A stretch of DNA of 63,991 nt, filler included, from Streblomastix strix (lineage: Eukaryota), in NCBI GenBank assembly GCA_008636045.1. It is 3 parts of 3 records of this genome, joined end to end, with 100 filler letters (N's around TTAATTAATTAA, not from the genome) between each part and the next. Parts side by side here need not be neighbours in the genome. Positions count along the whole stretch, not along the records: positions 1 to 21,872 come from SNRW01000347.1; 2 more parts are not named here. One strand, written 5' to 3'. A program made the translations under genes and the position numbers. Positions 1 through 14,212 of this stretch are shown here, in pieces (the stretch's first letter is position 1; the number at the start of each line of letters is the position of its first letter). The notes beneath the pieces were generated by a model that was given only the letters and a program-made list of their open reading frames with translations, did no database searches and had not been told where the DNA came from.

Positions 1-3000
1 TCTGTTTCGAGTTAATTTTCATCCATTTAGCAGGTTTTTCATTGAAATATTCGGTTCTGGGACAAATGAATGTTTATTCATCAACATCTGCAAAATAATG
101 AGTAATTGACTATTATTTAGATGATGACGATGTTAATACATACGGTTTACGAAGATGAACTTGTTATGATGATTATTAAGTTTGTTATAATAATTACTAA
201 GGAAATGTTTATTATTATTAATAAGAAGAAGATTGTTGACTAATGGTATTTTATTATTAATATTAATTATTATTTATCAAAGGTGATAATAAAGTATAAA
301 GAGATGCTTCTTATGGTATTTTATTATAATAAGAGAAATACTGAATTTCATACAAAGTTATCGAAGTTGGAGGTGGAATTGGAAGTGAATAAATGAAAGA
401 TGAATTTGATGATGAAGAAGATGAATTTGATGATGATGAATATGATTATGAATATTCAGATGAAGAAGAAACAGAAGAATTGGATATAGATTTTGAATGA
501 TGTTTATGATTTTATTTCTGTTTTTGTTTATTTTCATTATTCAGATCTTATACTTCATTTTCGTCAGAGCTCGACTCAATTCTTCTTCTTTTCACTCCTA
601 ATCCTGATTATGAATCATTTTCTATATTATCATTATTATTATCTCCATTTAAATGTATTTTCCTTTGACTTTATCTTCTTCTTCTTCTTTTCTATGATTT
701 ATTTTTCTTCCTTCTACTTACATTATACTTCATTCGTGTTTCACAATTTGATAACAACGATGTTGCATTCGTATCAATAATCCAAAGCGATATTGGAAGT
801 TAAGAATAATTAATAACTGTTTATAATGGAGATGGATTATGTGATGAAGAAGGAATTTGAATTTGTGATTGAACTTATTATAATTATTATATTTATATTT
901 ATGATGGATTTTGATTCAGATTATGATTCTGTTTCTTTGCTTCATTTTTATTCAATTTACTCTTCTTTTATCCTTTTTCATGTTTCGTTTATTCTTTCTC
1001 ATTCTTATTCTTATTCTTCTTTTCAGAATTACTATTATTATAATAATAATCAGTTTTCTCTTTTTCTATATCTATATCTTATTCTTTCTCTTTTTCCTTC
1101 ACTTTCTCATTTTCTTTCTCTTATTCATATCCCATCATTTATTTCTTCATTTCTCTTCTTTCTCTTCTTTCTTTCTATTTCCTCTCCTTCTCAATTTATC
1201 TCATCTTCCTTTTCTCATCTCTTTGTTACCTCCATTATCGCTCTTTCTCTTCTTCCAATCTCTTCTTCTTCAGCTTCTTCATCTTCTCAATCTGTTACTG
1301 CTGCTTCTCAATATCGGACTCACTTTACTCTAAGTCAATCTCGCTTTCGGAGTATTGATCGTTTATATTATTATTATTATTTATTTAATTTTCTTGCATA
1401 TCATCTTATTAATTTTCCTGCTCTTCATCTTATTTATTTTCTTGCATATCATCTTGTTTATCATTTGATTCTTTATCTTTGCTCATAATTGCTTCATTTT
1501 ATTCTTCCTCATTCTCTATATCATTTTAATTATCATTATCATCATCATTATTATTTTAATAATTATCATTATCATTATCATCATTATCTTCATTATTATC
1601 TTCCTCATTAGATTCTGAGCTTTCCTCATCCAATTAATTTCCACTTTCCATTTCTAACTATTTATAATTCGATCTTAGAAACAATGAATAAGCTCCAGAA
1701 TGATGTTGGAATATTGATAAAAATCTTTTCAATTCAAATTGTGATTCAAATTGTATTGAATGTTTAGAAGCTACTGAAGGAATATCATCTTTGGCAAAGT
1801 CGTGAAGTGGAATATATGTTGTTATTTGATGCGGGAAATTATGCAATTATTATTAATTTTATTGCAGTTAATCAATTTATTGTTTTTATTATTGGTCTAA
1901 ATTTTATTAATTTAACTATAATTATTATGATGATGTTTATACTTATTATTAATTAGTCTAAATATTTTATATTTTTGAATAAGGAACAAAAGAAGTAACT
2001 CCAAATCTATAATAAGGAGGAGTTGCTAGTAGTAATGAGAGTATTGGAGAAGATTACACTTATTATTATTATGAAGATGATTAATTAGAAATTTCTTTTA
2101 TTCTTTTTCTTTCTTTAGTATCAAATTCATCATTAGAATAATCATAATCTTTGTCCTACTCAATTACATTCTGTATTTCATTCCATGCTGATTCTTCTTA
2201 CTATGAATAATCGGCCTCTTTCTCAATTGTTGCACTAATGATTGAATCAAATGGAACATCAATAACACTTCGATATGTCCAAATCTTTATATCTTTATCT
2301 CGCATATAATTAAGCTGCTTATTCTCGCTTAAGTATTTTTCGCTTATTTTATTTATAACAATAATGTATGAAATAAATCCACGTACAGCAGAAACAGATA
2401 AAAAACATTATTGATTCTAACTGTTAAAAATCTTGCCTAAATTTCCTATTTGGATAAATTTAATTGGAATGATTACATCTGAACGAAATTCTCGATTCAG
2501 TTGGTATTAGATGGAAGGAAATTATGAAGTTAAAGATGAACTTTATGAATTTAATTATACTTACTGGAGGAAATATAATTACTGATACTATTATTAAATT
2601 TGTAGTTAATAATTATTACTCGCATTATTTTGATCGGTAAATTAATAAATTGGAGATGTTTTAATAGAAGAATTTGAAAATGATTTTTATTTTAATTATT
2701 ATTTTTTTAATTTGTATTTTTATTAATATTCAATTGGTTTTCCATCTCCGAATTTCATATCAAATCTAAGTTATTTCATTTTATCTTTTAGTAACAGTTG
2801 TTATTAATATATTTCTTCTTAAGTTAAAATTTAATATTATTGAAATGTTTATAATTATTATAGTTAATTGTTCTATAATGGCAATAATTATGATTAATTT
2901 TCAAATTATTATATTTATAACTGCTATATTTATAAATTAAGATCTTCCCTTTCTATAATTCCTTCATAATCAATTTCTTCATCTTCATTATCATTCAAAT

Positions 3001-6000
3001 CTTCTTCATTATCTTCTTCTTCTTCATCAGATTCATAATCATTAGATTTTTATTTCTTTTATTCTTTTCTTTTATTTATTAATTTAATTGATTTTTAATT
3101 ATCTTGAATTTTATTCTCATCCTTAATCTTCTCAATAAACTAAAATGAGTTAGATAATTAAATATGAATATGTTTATGTGCTTCTGAAACTGGAAGTTGC
3201 TATGAATCAAACCAACGTGAAGGAAGAATATATTTTGATTATAAAGATTATTATTATTGTTGTTGTTGTTTATATGACTATAAAGAAGTATCTGAAATAT
3301 CGGTTTATTTTGTTTATTAATTTAATTTTTGTTCTAATATTTATAAGAAAGATGTATGTGTATTATAATCTTAATTTTTACCTTAAATACTACTTTTATT
3401 TTTCTATTCAAATGCTTATAAGAAAGATGAATGTGCATTCTAATCTTAATTCTTATTTTTTATATCATTTTTCTTAACTTAATCTTATTCATCATCTTCA
3501 ATATATTCTCCTTCTTCAAGTTCAGATTGTCTTTTCTTCTTTCTTTCTTCTTCTTCTTTCTTCTTTTTCTTTTCGATTTCTTTATTTTTCTTTTCGATTT
3601 CTTTCCTTATTTATTTCTATTTCGATTTTTCTATTTTCATTTATTTTTTCAACTCTATTTCTTATATTTATCTTTTCTTTTGTGAATTTTAATTTAATGA
3701 TAATAAATTATTTGGCAATATGAAACATTCTTATTATGGAATAGAAATAAAAGATATAGGTAGGCAATTAGATTATTAAGAAGGAAAAGTTTGTTATTAT
3801 TATTAATTTAATGGATTATTAATATTTACTTTATTCACATTAATATTTTTATTATTATATTTATCACAGATTTCAATAATTTTATTTAGCATTTCTTTTT
3901 CTTTTTAATTCATTCCAAATAATTTATGAGTTAATGAAGGAAGAATCGAACGTTGATATGGATACGAAGAGAAATAATTATCAGTTGATATGAAATGAGA
4001 TTAAATTGGATTAAACAAATATTGAGGATTGTTATTGATTTAATTATCAATATCATCATTAATAATTTCAACACTAATATTATTTTATTTATTCAGAATT
4101 TTATATTTATTCATTGTTCTTTTTATATAAGAAGCTCTTCTTATTGGAATTGGAGGAGTGAATGTATATTACTATAATTATGATAAACTAATATTATATT
4201 ATTATGAATTTGAAGAGCAAGAATAACTCTAATTCAATTTAGAAGGAGAAAGTTAGTATTAATGTTACTGTAACGGTGAAGGTGAAGATGAAGTAATTAA
4301 TTAATAAGAAGAAGATAATACTTTTGGTTTTGATATATGATTTATTTATATTGGCGAAAGTTGAATTGGATTTTAGGTTTAATTATCTTTTTGCATTTAT
4401 AATTCTTTGTATTCTAAATCAGTTTCTAGTTCAGGTTTTTATTATTTCTATTTATTATGTTTTGTATTATAATGATCAAATAATAATTTGAATGAAAGAG
4501 AGTTGAAATTACATTACGAGCAAAAGAAAGAAGAATGAGGTCTGATTTGTGAGAATGGATTATATAATGAAGATGAAGATGATGAAGATTAATAATTTTC
4601 AGTTTCTTTATTTGTGATGATTTTACTTAATTAATTATCGTTAATCATTTTATTATTTTATTATGAATATCCAATTCCATATTCACTTTCAAATATGCAA
4701 TAATGAATAAACGGATTACTATATGCAATTCTTAGTAATGTTCTTAGAGCTCCTTTTCTATTAAGTGTTGTTATAATACGATGGTATTTCATATTGTTGG
4801 TACTGTTCATATTATTATATTTATTTTGGTTTTATTTCTCACTTTCATTTTAATTCGGATCATCGTTATAGCAAAATTTCATCCATTTTTCAATTGAATA
4901 TAATTCATTTAATAAACAGTCAGGTAAAGAAGCATATAAATCTAATTGAGAAGTTATATTTAGTGGAAATATCGAATCAACAGTTGGTTGAATTTTTATC
5001 TAATTTAAATGATTTAATTTTAAAGATTATTCATCTTCATCAATTCTATATTCATTGTTATTAATTCTTTACTATTCTTTCTTTCTAATATTTCTATCTT
5101 CTTTTTCTCTTAATCTTTTTCTTATTATTTCCTTTTCTTACAATTAAGCATGATTTCCTGCTTCGATATTTTCATTTCTTCTCTTAATTATAAATTCTGA
5201 AGGTGGAAGTGGAGGATCCATTCTGAATTGTGGTTATATTGATGAATATTATGAAGAAGATGATGAAGTAGAAGAAAGTGTAGAATAATTAGGATTGATA
5301 TCAAATACTGCAATAACATCTGTGTTTGAATTAATTTCATCTTATTAGTCTTATTATTGATCTTTGTTTTGCATATCTTTATTATTTATTTCTGTTAATC
5401 TATCAGGAACTTAAATATCGATATGTTTTATACAATTAAGGGGAAGTTCATAAACAAATCGCAAAGTTGGCAATTTTACTTATTTTTCTTCTTTTTAATT
5501 CTTATTTGATTTCACTTTTAGATGTTTTTAATTCTGTTATTTTTATTCAATTTTAGATAAAATTTATTTATTTTCATTATTAATATTATTCAATTTACTC
5601 TCTTTGATTAATTTATTATCAGTTTAGATTGGTGAAGATTAAGAAGAGTGATTTTACTATTGATATTAATATGATGATAATAAAGTTGGAGATTAAGAAT
5701 TTGAATGAGATGAAGGAGATTTTTATTTAATTGATTACTATTAAAATGAATATTAATTTTATTATTATTATTTTTGAATTATCGGTTTGACATATTCTTA
5801 ACAATACGGAGTTATGTCTCCAAGTGTCAATATTCTTCCGCTTTCTTTCAAATTTGATGTTTATTGTTAATATTGTTTGTTTTTCAGTATATTTGGATAT
5901 TACGATACATTTCTAACATTGTCAATTGACAAAGAAGATTGAATTGTATTGAACGAAAGATAATGCGGAAGAACAAGAGGAATATATGAAGAGAAATATA

Positions 6001-9000
6001 TTGAATGAGATTATTATTATTATTATTATTATTATGAATAAAGATGATTATTAATTGATGGTTAAATATGAGTTGATGATAAAGTAATTAAATCATTGAT
6101 TGTGAATTAATTAGATGTGAAATGAGGAAGATGATATTATTTGTATTTATTACTATTAATAATACTATTTTAATTGGTGATATTAGAATTATGAGATAAT
6201 GATGGAAATAGTGAAGAATTTTAAACATAAGGAAATGAATGTTAATTAGAAATAAGAGGATTAATATTAGTAATTGTTGGAGATAATGAAGATGGAGATT
6301 ATTATTATGATGATGATGAAGAAGAAAGAAGATTTGTTGATTTGATAAATGCTGATGGGAAAGTTGTAAGTAATTCAGATGATGAATTATTATCAATTTT
6401 TATCTTATTAATATTTTATTCTTCAATTGATTATTTGATATTATTTTCAATATTTAATCGGTTGCTGTTTTATAATTCATTTTCATTAATTTTTATCTAT
6501 TATTCTTCTTCATCATCATTATCTTCTTCTTCTTAGTCATCATCAATTGGTGTCAAATATATCTCAAATCTCAAAGAATCAAATGCTGAAATGTCTTCCC
6601 TTCGATTCTTGATCTCTTTTTCAGCTTCTTTTAAAGATTTAAATGATAATTAATTGAATGAAGATCCAATTGGATTTGAAAAGAAAGAAAATGGAGAAAA
6701 TAATGAGATTCTTTTCTGAGGTTTAATTTCATGTCGGATTTTATTCTGTTTGAAGTAATTCTCGTCAAATCTATTAGCAAATGCTTCTGCTTCAAGAACT
6801 GATGTGAATTTATTTTATGTTGATGAATGATATTTTTAAATAGAAGATTATTATAAAAGTGATTATTAAGGAAATATAGAAGACTAGTTATTTTATTGTT
6901 AATTGATTGATTGTTAATATATTTAATAAGAATAAGGATATGGAATCAGGGTGTGAGGAATTGAAATGTATTTAATATCCTTATATTTCTGTTCTCTTTA
7001 TTATTTATTCAGATAGTGTGGATATAGAGAATTGAAAGGATTTAATTCATATTGTGTTTGAATTGATGATGAATCTGATGTTTTATGAGATGAATGATGA
7101 TGTTTGTGAATTTTGCTTTAATGATGTTTGACAATTTGATTGTGATGGTATTTATTATTCAATTATTCATTTTCTTATTAATGATAATCTTCTTCTGCAA
7201 TATATTCACCATCAATCGAGTCTTTTTATAATTCAATCATTGCTTCTTAAACCAATTTCTCTCTCAATTATAGAAAATATCTGCTTAATGAGAATTAAGA
7301 CTGTTACTTAATTGATGAATTAGACTTAGAATTGGTATTGTTGGTATTATTAATATTATTGTTAATTTCTGTTTTACTTATTTCGTTTATATAATCTTTA
7401 TTTTCATTAACACTTTCATTAACATTCTTAAATCCCATTATGTTCTCAAAACTCATCCTTTCAATTAAATTATTCGCCTTTTTCCAATTGAATGTTGTTT
7501 CATCTTTCAGACTGTTTGTTAATGAACTTATATCCATATCAAGAATATTAATATTATCATTATTATTTCTATTACCACTATTATTGTTATTAAATAACTT
7601 CTCAAATTCATAATTGTTCTAATCATCATCTTCATCTTCTTCATTATCTTTTTCAACACAATTACATTCATCTAAATCTAAATCAATATATTTATTCAGT
7701 AATTCAAATGATTTTGTCAATAATTATCTTCTTTTTTTCATTATTTATTAATTAGATTCAATATTCGTGTTTTTGTTTGAATGAGTTATTGTTTATAAAT
7801 TAGTATTATTATGCTCAGATGAATCATCATTAGTATATTCATTAATTTAATTTAATTTTTCTTTAGTTTTTTTCTATTCTATATTTTTATTCAATTTATT
7901 ATTTTCATTGTTTTATTCATCTGATCTTTTTCTTTTCACTTTATTCATAATTATATTTTAATCTTATTCTTTATTTTCAATTATCATTACATCTTCATTT
8001 TAATTCTTAATATTCTTTTTCCTATTAATTTAATTGATATTTCTAAATCCTTAATCATAATAGTCGAGTAAATCATTTGTTTCTTTTTAATTCAAAAGAT
8101 ACGATTTATTATTTCCACTATCTGCATCACATCCTGCAGATCAACGAAGTAGTTTCTGACGTCTTTTTATAAATAAACAAGAATATAATATAAATTAAAT
8201 TAAATAATATATATAGAATTCATTTAATAACTTCATTTATTCCTTTTTAATATAATTATTATTTATTATATATATACCTTCTCTAATTATATCGAGCCAA
8301 TGCCATTCCACTATAAAGCAAAGGTGAATTCTCTCCACTTGTCCAATTAAATGACACAAATATTCTTATATTATATTTACTAGACAATACATGCTATGTA
8401 CGAAAGAACGCGAGGAAAGCTGTGATTCAAGAAATATTAAATTAATTTAATTATATAAATAAATATATTTAATTATATATAAAGAAAATAATTTATTAAA
8501 TATAAATAAAATAATTAAAAGTTATTTATTAATAATTTAAACCTTATATAATATCTTATGGAGCTTAATTTGATCCTATGTTTGAATTATTATTTGTCTA
8601 ATGTAAAGGAGAATTATTAGATTATGATAATGAAGTAGTTTAAGATGATTATGAAATATGTTTTTATGGAGAAAATGAAGATATTTGTGTAATTATTGGA
8701 TAAGATTATTATTATAAATTTGAATGAGTTTCTTCTTCGATTTGTTCTTCTTTATTTGATTTCTATGGTGAAGAATATGATAATAGTAATGTATCTATTA
8801 TATGTATTATATATTAATATTATTAATATAATATAAATAATATAAATATAAACAGAATAATGTAAAATATAAGAAAACAATAATAAATAAGTATTAATTC
8901 AATATTAATGTTTATATATCATACTGTCAGATAAAGGCGAAAGAGACGAAAGTTGAGAAGAAAATGATGGAGTTTCTGAAGGTGAATGAATAAAGTCAAT

Positions 9001-9905
9001 TTATTTATTATTAGAATTATTCATATTCTTATTGTATTCATTAGAATGTGGAGGTATAGATTGGAATGATTATTGAGATTAGATAGACGTAATTATATGA
9101 GTATTTGCTGATGATGATGAATCTTACGATTTGATTTATTCTTATTCATCTTTGCTGTTATTATTCATACTATGTATTGGATTCTATATCTAAGATTAAG
9201 ATGCATCATTTCTAACAGTGAATGGGGAATGAAATGCGGATGCTGATTAACTGGTGAAAAATGGAGTTGAATTGATTTAAGTAATTTGATTATTACCAAT
9301 TTCCGTGTTTGATTATTAAAGTTCAAAATTATTTGACTTAATACATCAATTCTTTTAATTCATTTCTCTTTAACACAATGAATAATATTAATCCAATTCT
9401 TCAACACATGAATATCTCGAATCTAATACTTACCAATTCCCAATAGTAATTGAATGAAGTGGAAGTGATAGTGAATGTGTGATGACTTGAGTTGGAAGGG
9501 TATTTAATTGTGGTCTGCATGGTGGTTAGAAAGATTAATGAGATATATCAGATGATATTTAATTTATGAGTTGCGGATTTAAGCCAAGTTTTAAATGAGA
9601 GTTATGAAGAAATGAGAGTAGAATATGAATTTGAGACGAATCAATAGAAATAGTAATTTAATGGAGTATATTGAATTAATTCTTAAAAAAATCTGCAAAT
9701 TAATTAATTTTTTCAATTTACATTGCAGAGTTCTGAGGCTTTGAAATTGAAAATGTTGCGCGTGGAATATCAAGAAGAATGTCAGTTTAATTCTAACTAT
9801 AAGATATATGTTCTTCTTTAATATATTATATATGACATGAATTTTATAAATATTGTTCGTTGTTATTATCCAATTAAGAGAAATGCAAGGAATAATCTTC
9901 TGCTC
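1..9905 (-). CDS. Giant (>3000 aa) Gln/Asn/Ser-rich hypothetical protein; multi-exon, 3' end outside window, 5' end uncertain
   Basis: With TAR=Gln the last exon is one frame from 8163 to base 1 (~2700 codons) with a single TGA at 8141-8143. ORF-track pieces 7304-7537 and 1658-1846 lie in this frame. Upstream GT-AG introns include a 29-nt one at 9693-9721, and there is a second in-frame TGA at 9346-9348. Confidence 0.8.
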
Positions 9906-10421
9906 TAAAATTCAAAGTAGTTTTATCTGTTTAAAATGATTCTAAAATAACCAATTCAATGTTAGTATGCATTTTATTCATATTTAAATCATTTTCAAAT
10001 TGGATAAAAGAAAGTTAGCTAAGAATATTCACATTTTCATTTATATGCTTATATTGCAACTCGGGCTAATATATATTTTTCATATCCTATTTGAATTCAC
10101 CACATTTAATAGCGCGAATTTGTAATTTAAGAATCTATATGTTTTAATTATTCATTATGTAGAAATTCGAATTTTTTCTGAAAAATTAAAAAATATAAAT
10201 CAATTAATTTATTATTTTATTAAATAAGAAATTTTTTTTATTATGTATTTTTTATTTGTTAATCAATAAATCATCAATTCAATTTTAATAGTTTATTTAA
10301 TTTTTTTTTAATGAATGATGTGGTTAATGCTGATGTGAATAGACTAGTTATTTCATGAGATGAAGAGATAGAATGAAAATAGATTGGGAATTATTATCTA
10401 TTAGTACACTTATCAGATCTT

Positions 10422-12509
10422 TCACCATTGGATCGCTCTCTCGTTTGCTACATGGAATGAATTTGGAACAGATAGTTTTTTAAATGACCTAATGATGCAG
10501 GATGCATTATCAAAAAAGAAATAGATCTTATTTATAAAATAAATAAATAAATAAAATGAATGTATTTTGCAACATTTAATAATTTCATACGATGAATCGC
10601 ACTTTTTCTTTGATCCCTGTAATATAGTTTGGCTGTTAAATCCCATCAAGGAAGAAGAATAATGTTCCTTTATCAGAGTCATATTCTGCCTTAACTATCT
10701 TATTGTCTCTGATTGGAGAATTTCCTGGTATTTCTTTCCCCTTACACCATATAAAACTATTTTCAATTCCTATTCCATAAGCAGCCATATGTTCAGCATC
10801 TAAATTAACATAATAATTTGAATAAATAAAATAATAATAATACAATATATAAAAATAATAAATTAAATATAAAATACGAGGGCTTCTATCAGGACGAGAG
10901 TCATCAAGTATTTTGTATGAGTTCTCAACTACACCTACTCCTAATAATTTGAAGTAAAATAATTCAACAATTAAATTAATAATACAAACAGCAAACCTAT
11001 GAATGCTTCTTCTGAATTGATAAATTATGTCTCAATTGAATAAATTCCATCCTCAAGAACTTGAGAAAGTGAAACGACATTATTTTTTGTTGAATTTTTG
11101 TTAATCTTTTTCATTGTTCCATCTTCGTCTGTGATGTTTATCTAAAGTGGATCTGGATTAATAATCTCAATTGGAATAGAAGTATCTTTTGATTTTTCAT
11201 TCTGTTTCATTTTCTCGATCTCATCTTTCAATTTCTTATTTTCTTCAATGTGTTTCTCTTTTTTGTTTCTTTCTCTCTAAAACTCTTCTGTGATTCTTTC
11301 CTTTCCTGATTTTTCTTTTTGAAATTCATTTGAAATTCTTTCTTTTTCTTTCTTTTATTTCTCAAGCTCTTCCTTAAGTTTTCTTATTTCTTCATCTTTT
11401 CTTATTTATTCTTCATCATTCCTTTTATTTACTTCCTCTTTTCTTTTATTTTCTTCATCCTTCATACGAATTTCTTCAACTTTCTATTTAATTTCTTCCC
11501 TAAGTCTTATATTTTCTACTTTCTCTTTATTCAGATCTTCATCATTTTGTTGTGATGGTGAAAAATTAATTCCTTCCGATTATAAAAGAGTCAAAATTTT
11601 CTTTGATTTGTTCTTTAATTCATTTTCTCCATTTTATTTAAGATCTTCAAGTATTGGAATCAATAAAGAAAGTGGCTATAATCCTTCGGCTGTTGTTACA
11701 AGTCTAAGAACAACATCAAGTAATCCAACTTTTATGAAGATTGGAATTATGTCAGATGATGAAGAAGATGATTTGCTTTGAATTTGATTATTTGATGTGA
11801 GTGTATGAAGAACAAGTTCAGCAAATCCAGTTGTCAATAATGAACTTCGGATTGTTTCATTCTCAGCAACAAGATCAGAAAGTGCTTTGCTTCCTTATTT
11901 AGATTATTTTTCATTTGGAGACTGTATAAGAATGAAATAATATTTTATTTAATTAAAAAAACTATTTTCAAACATGAATAATCTGAATTAATGGTTCTGT
12001 TGCTGCTCTCGCACGTACAACTGCATCAACAACTCCACTTTACAATCCAATAACATTCATAATTGCATTGCTTAGAATCTGATATATTAATAAATATAAT
12101 GAAAACGAATATTAATAAGAAAGTATCTAAAATAAAGAAACAGATTCAAACAATTACTTCTCCTTCTTAACTATCATTCAATAACTTATTCAATATATTC
12201 ACAATATCATTCTCATAAATAGCTTCTATACTTTCAGGTTCTGTTTTATAAATAAAATAAGAATAAAAAAAGTTATGAATAAATTGTTTATACTATTAAC
12301 AACAATGTCAAGAATGTGTTTCTATGAAGGAATTTGAATATTCTTATCAGGCGACTTTATTGCAAATGCCAATTATGGAATGTTGGTCTAAAAATTGATT
12401 TGTTGATAAAATTAATAAAAATAATAAAAAAATATCATACAGCATCAAAGATATTTTATTCTGTTGCAAATGAAGTAACTTTTGATGCTCGAACTGATTC
12501 TTCATCCAT
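10422..12509 (-). CDS. ARM-like + coiled-coil + SPRY/B30.2-like domain protein (expanded family), multi-exon
   Basis: MDEESVRASK...SPNEKQSKQGSKALSDLVAENETIRSSLL, then a K/E coiled coil, then VSLSQVLEDGIYSIE...KAEYDSDKGTLFFFLDGIQQP...HVANERAIQW-TGA. Canonical introns; clear paralogue at 60556-62807. Confidence 0.8.
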
Positions 12510-13203
12510 TGCTACTGAAAATAAAGGGAGAAATAAAAAATAAAATATTTTAGTTAAAATTATTAAATTTTCAGAAATGTTGAAGGACAAAAAAATATTT
12601 TGATTAATTAACATCAAAAGATTAAACAAAATTAGTTTTAAATATTAAATAAAAGTAATTGTGTAATTATGCGCCATATTCCAGTTATAAAACGTAACTT
12701 TTTTTCAAAAATAGTTTCATTACATTTATTTCATAAATGCGTTTTAAATATTAAAAAATTGGGTCTAACATGATTTAAAATAAAAAAATCATATTAAATA
12801 TTAAATACACATAAAAACAATACGTTGATTTTGTGGAAAATATTGTAAAAATATATTTTCGTTAACTTTTTGAAGTATCCAGCTTATATTGATACAAAAA
12901 TTAAAAATTGCAATTTAAATGGGCCACATAATGAATAGTATAGTGGTGGACAAATTACCCGATTTCCGAATTTCCAGTTAAGTATTTTTATTTTTGTTCG
13001 TGTATAATAAAATTATTTTTTTAATTTAAATTCACTTATTTTATTTATATACAAAGTAATAATATACTTAAAGAATGAAAATTAAAATAATTGGATTTTT
13101 ACTAAAACGGTCTCGTTTCTCTTCTTTAAACCAGCCAAGTTTGATATGCATATTATGAATAGTTTTGTATTATCGTTTTATTTCAAATTAAAAATACTTA
13201 GAC

Positions 13204-13804
13204 ATGGATATTGACGCGCCTGTGGATTTCAAGGAAAACTCGGAAACTGGCGCATTCTTCCCTACTGAGTATCTCCCTCCTGGCTTCTTTACATCAAGTA
13301 TGCAGAAAATTTTGCTTACGATAAATTTATTATATCTTTATGTTTTAATTAAATTTTAACACAGAGCACAAGTCGGCACTTTATTCGCTGAATTCTCAGC
13401 CCGCGTTCTCGATCCGCATGCCATTGTCGAAGTTCAAGCAACTGTCAAATTCGATATTTCCTAATTCAACAAGCGGATAGACACATGAAACCTTTGATGA
13501 AGACGAGGAACCAATAGAAACAGAAGAAAAACAATTGCAACCTCGACGAATTTTGCGGGCTACCGATTTAGGTAAATTAAGAGGTATAAGTGTGAACAAG
13601 AAGCTTAAGACTAAACACTTCAAACACCTTCACAACACTTCACATGGAGCGAAAGGCAGCAAATTCTTTCAGAGGACGAGCCACGTGTCATCGAGCAAAA
13701 ATTAACAATTCGCTCGAGCCGTGGCTCCTATGACGGATGCTCCTCGACTAAACACATATTCTAAATCCCCTCACTAAACTCATAAAACAATAAAACCTCA
13801 CTGA
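13204..13804 (+). CDS. Hypothetical protein, two exons
   Basis: GC-richer island: ATG 13204, GTATGC...ACAG intron, open frame to TGA 13802. An alternative acceptor and frame are possible. Confidence 0.45.
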
Positions 13805-14212
13805 ATTATGAATAAGCATTTCATCATCTTTCTATAATTTCATTTATTCTCCACTTCATTTTGATATTCATGAAATAAATAACGAAATTTATTTAAATGA
13901 CAAGTATAATATTGCGAAGACTGTTTTAATTTCTAAAATTTGGAAAACAGGAATTGTTTAACGTTAGTTGTTTGTAGGTCAATAAAATTCGTAAATACTG
14001 CTTTAATGTATATCATATATTACATTATTATCATTGCATATCTATTTTAATTTGTTATGATGCAAATTAACTCGAAATACATTTTTTTCTTTAACTGACA
14101 ATTCAACATTAATTAATTTATTTTATTTCTTAAATATTGTTCGTATTTAAAGAAAAATTTAAAGTAATGACATCAGAATCATAGATTGTTTCCAAGATAG
14201 GAGGCGATAAAG

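Noticed and set aside
493..1488. Hydrophobic plus-strand ORFs (also 3178-3685, and minus-strand 60950-61246)
   Set aside because: These are antisense shadows of K/E/Q-rich coding sequence on the opposite strand.
8141..9348. Selenocysteine reading of the internal TGAs
   Set aside because: There is no redox-motif context or evident SECIS, and the TGAs occur in many unrelated protein types. Not formally excluded.
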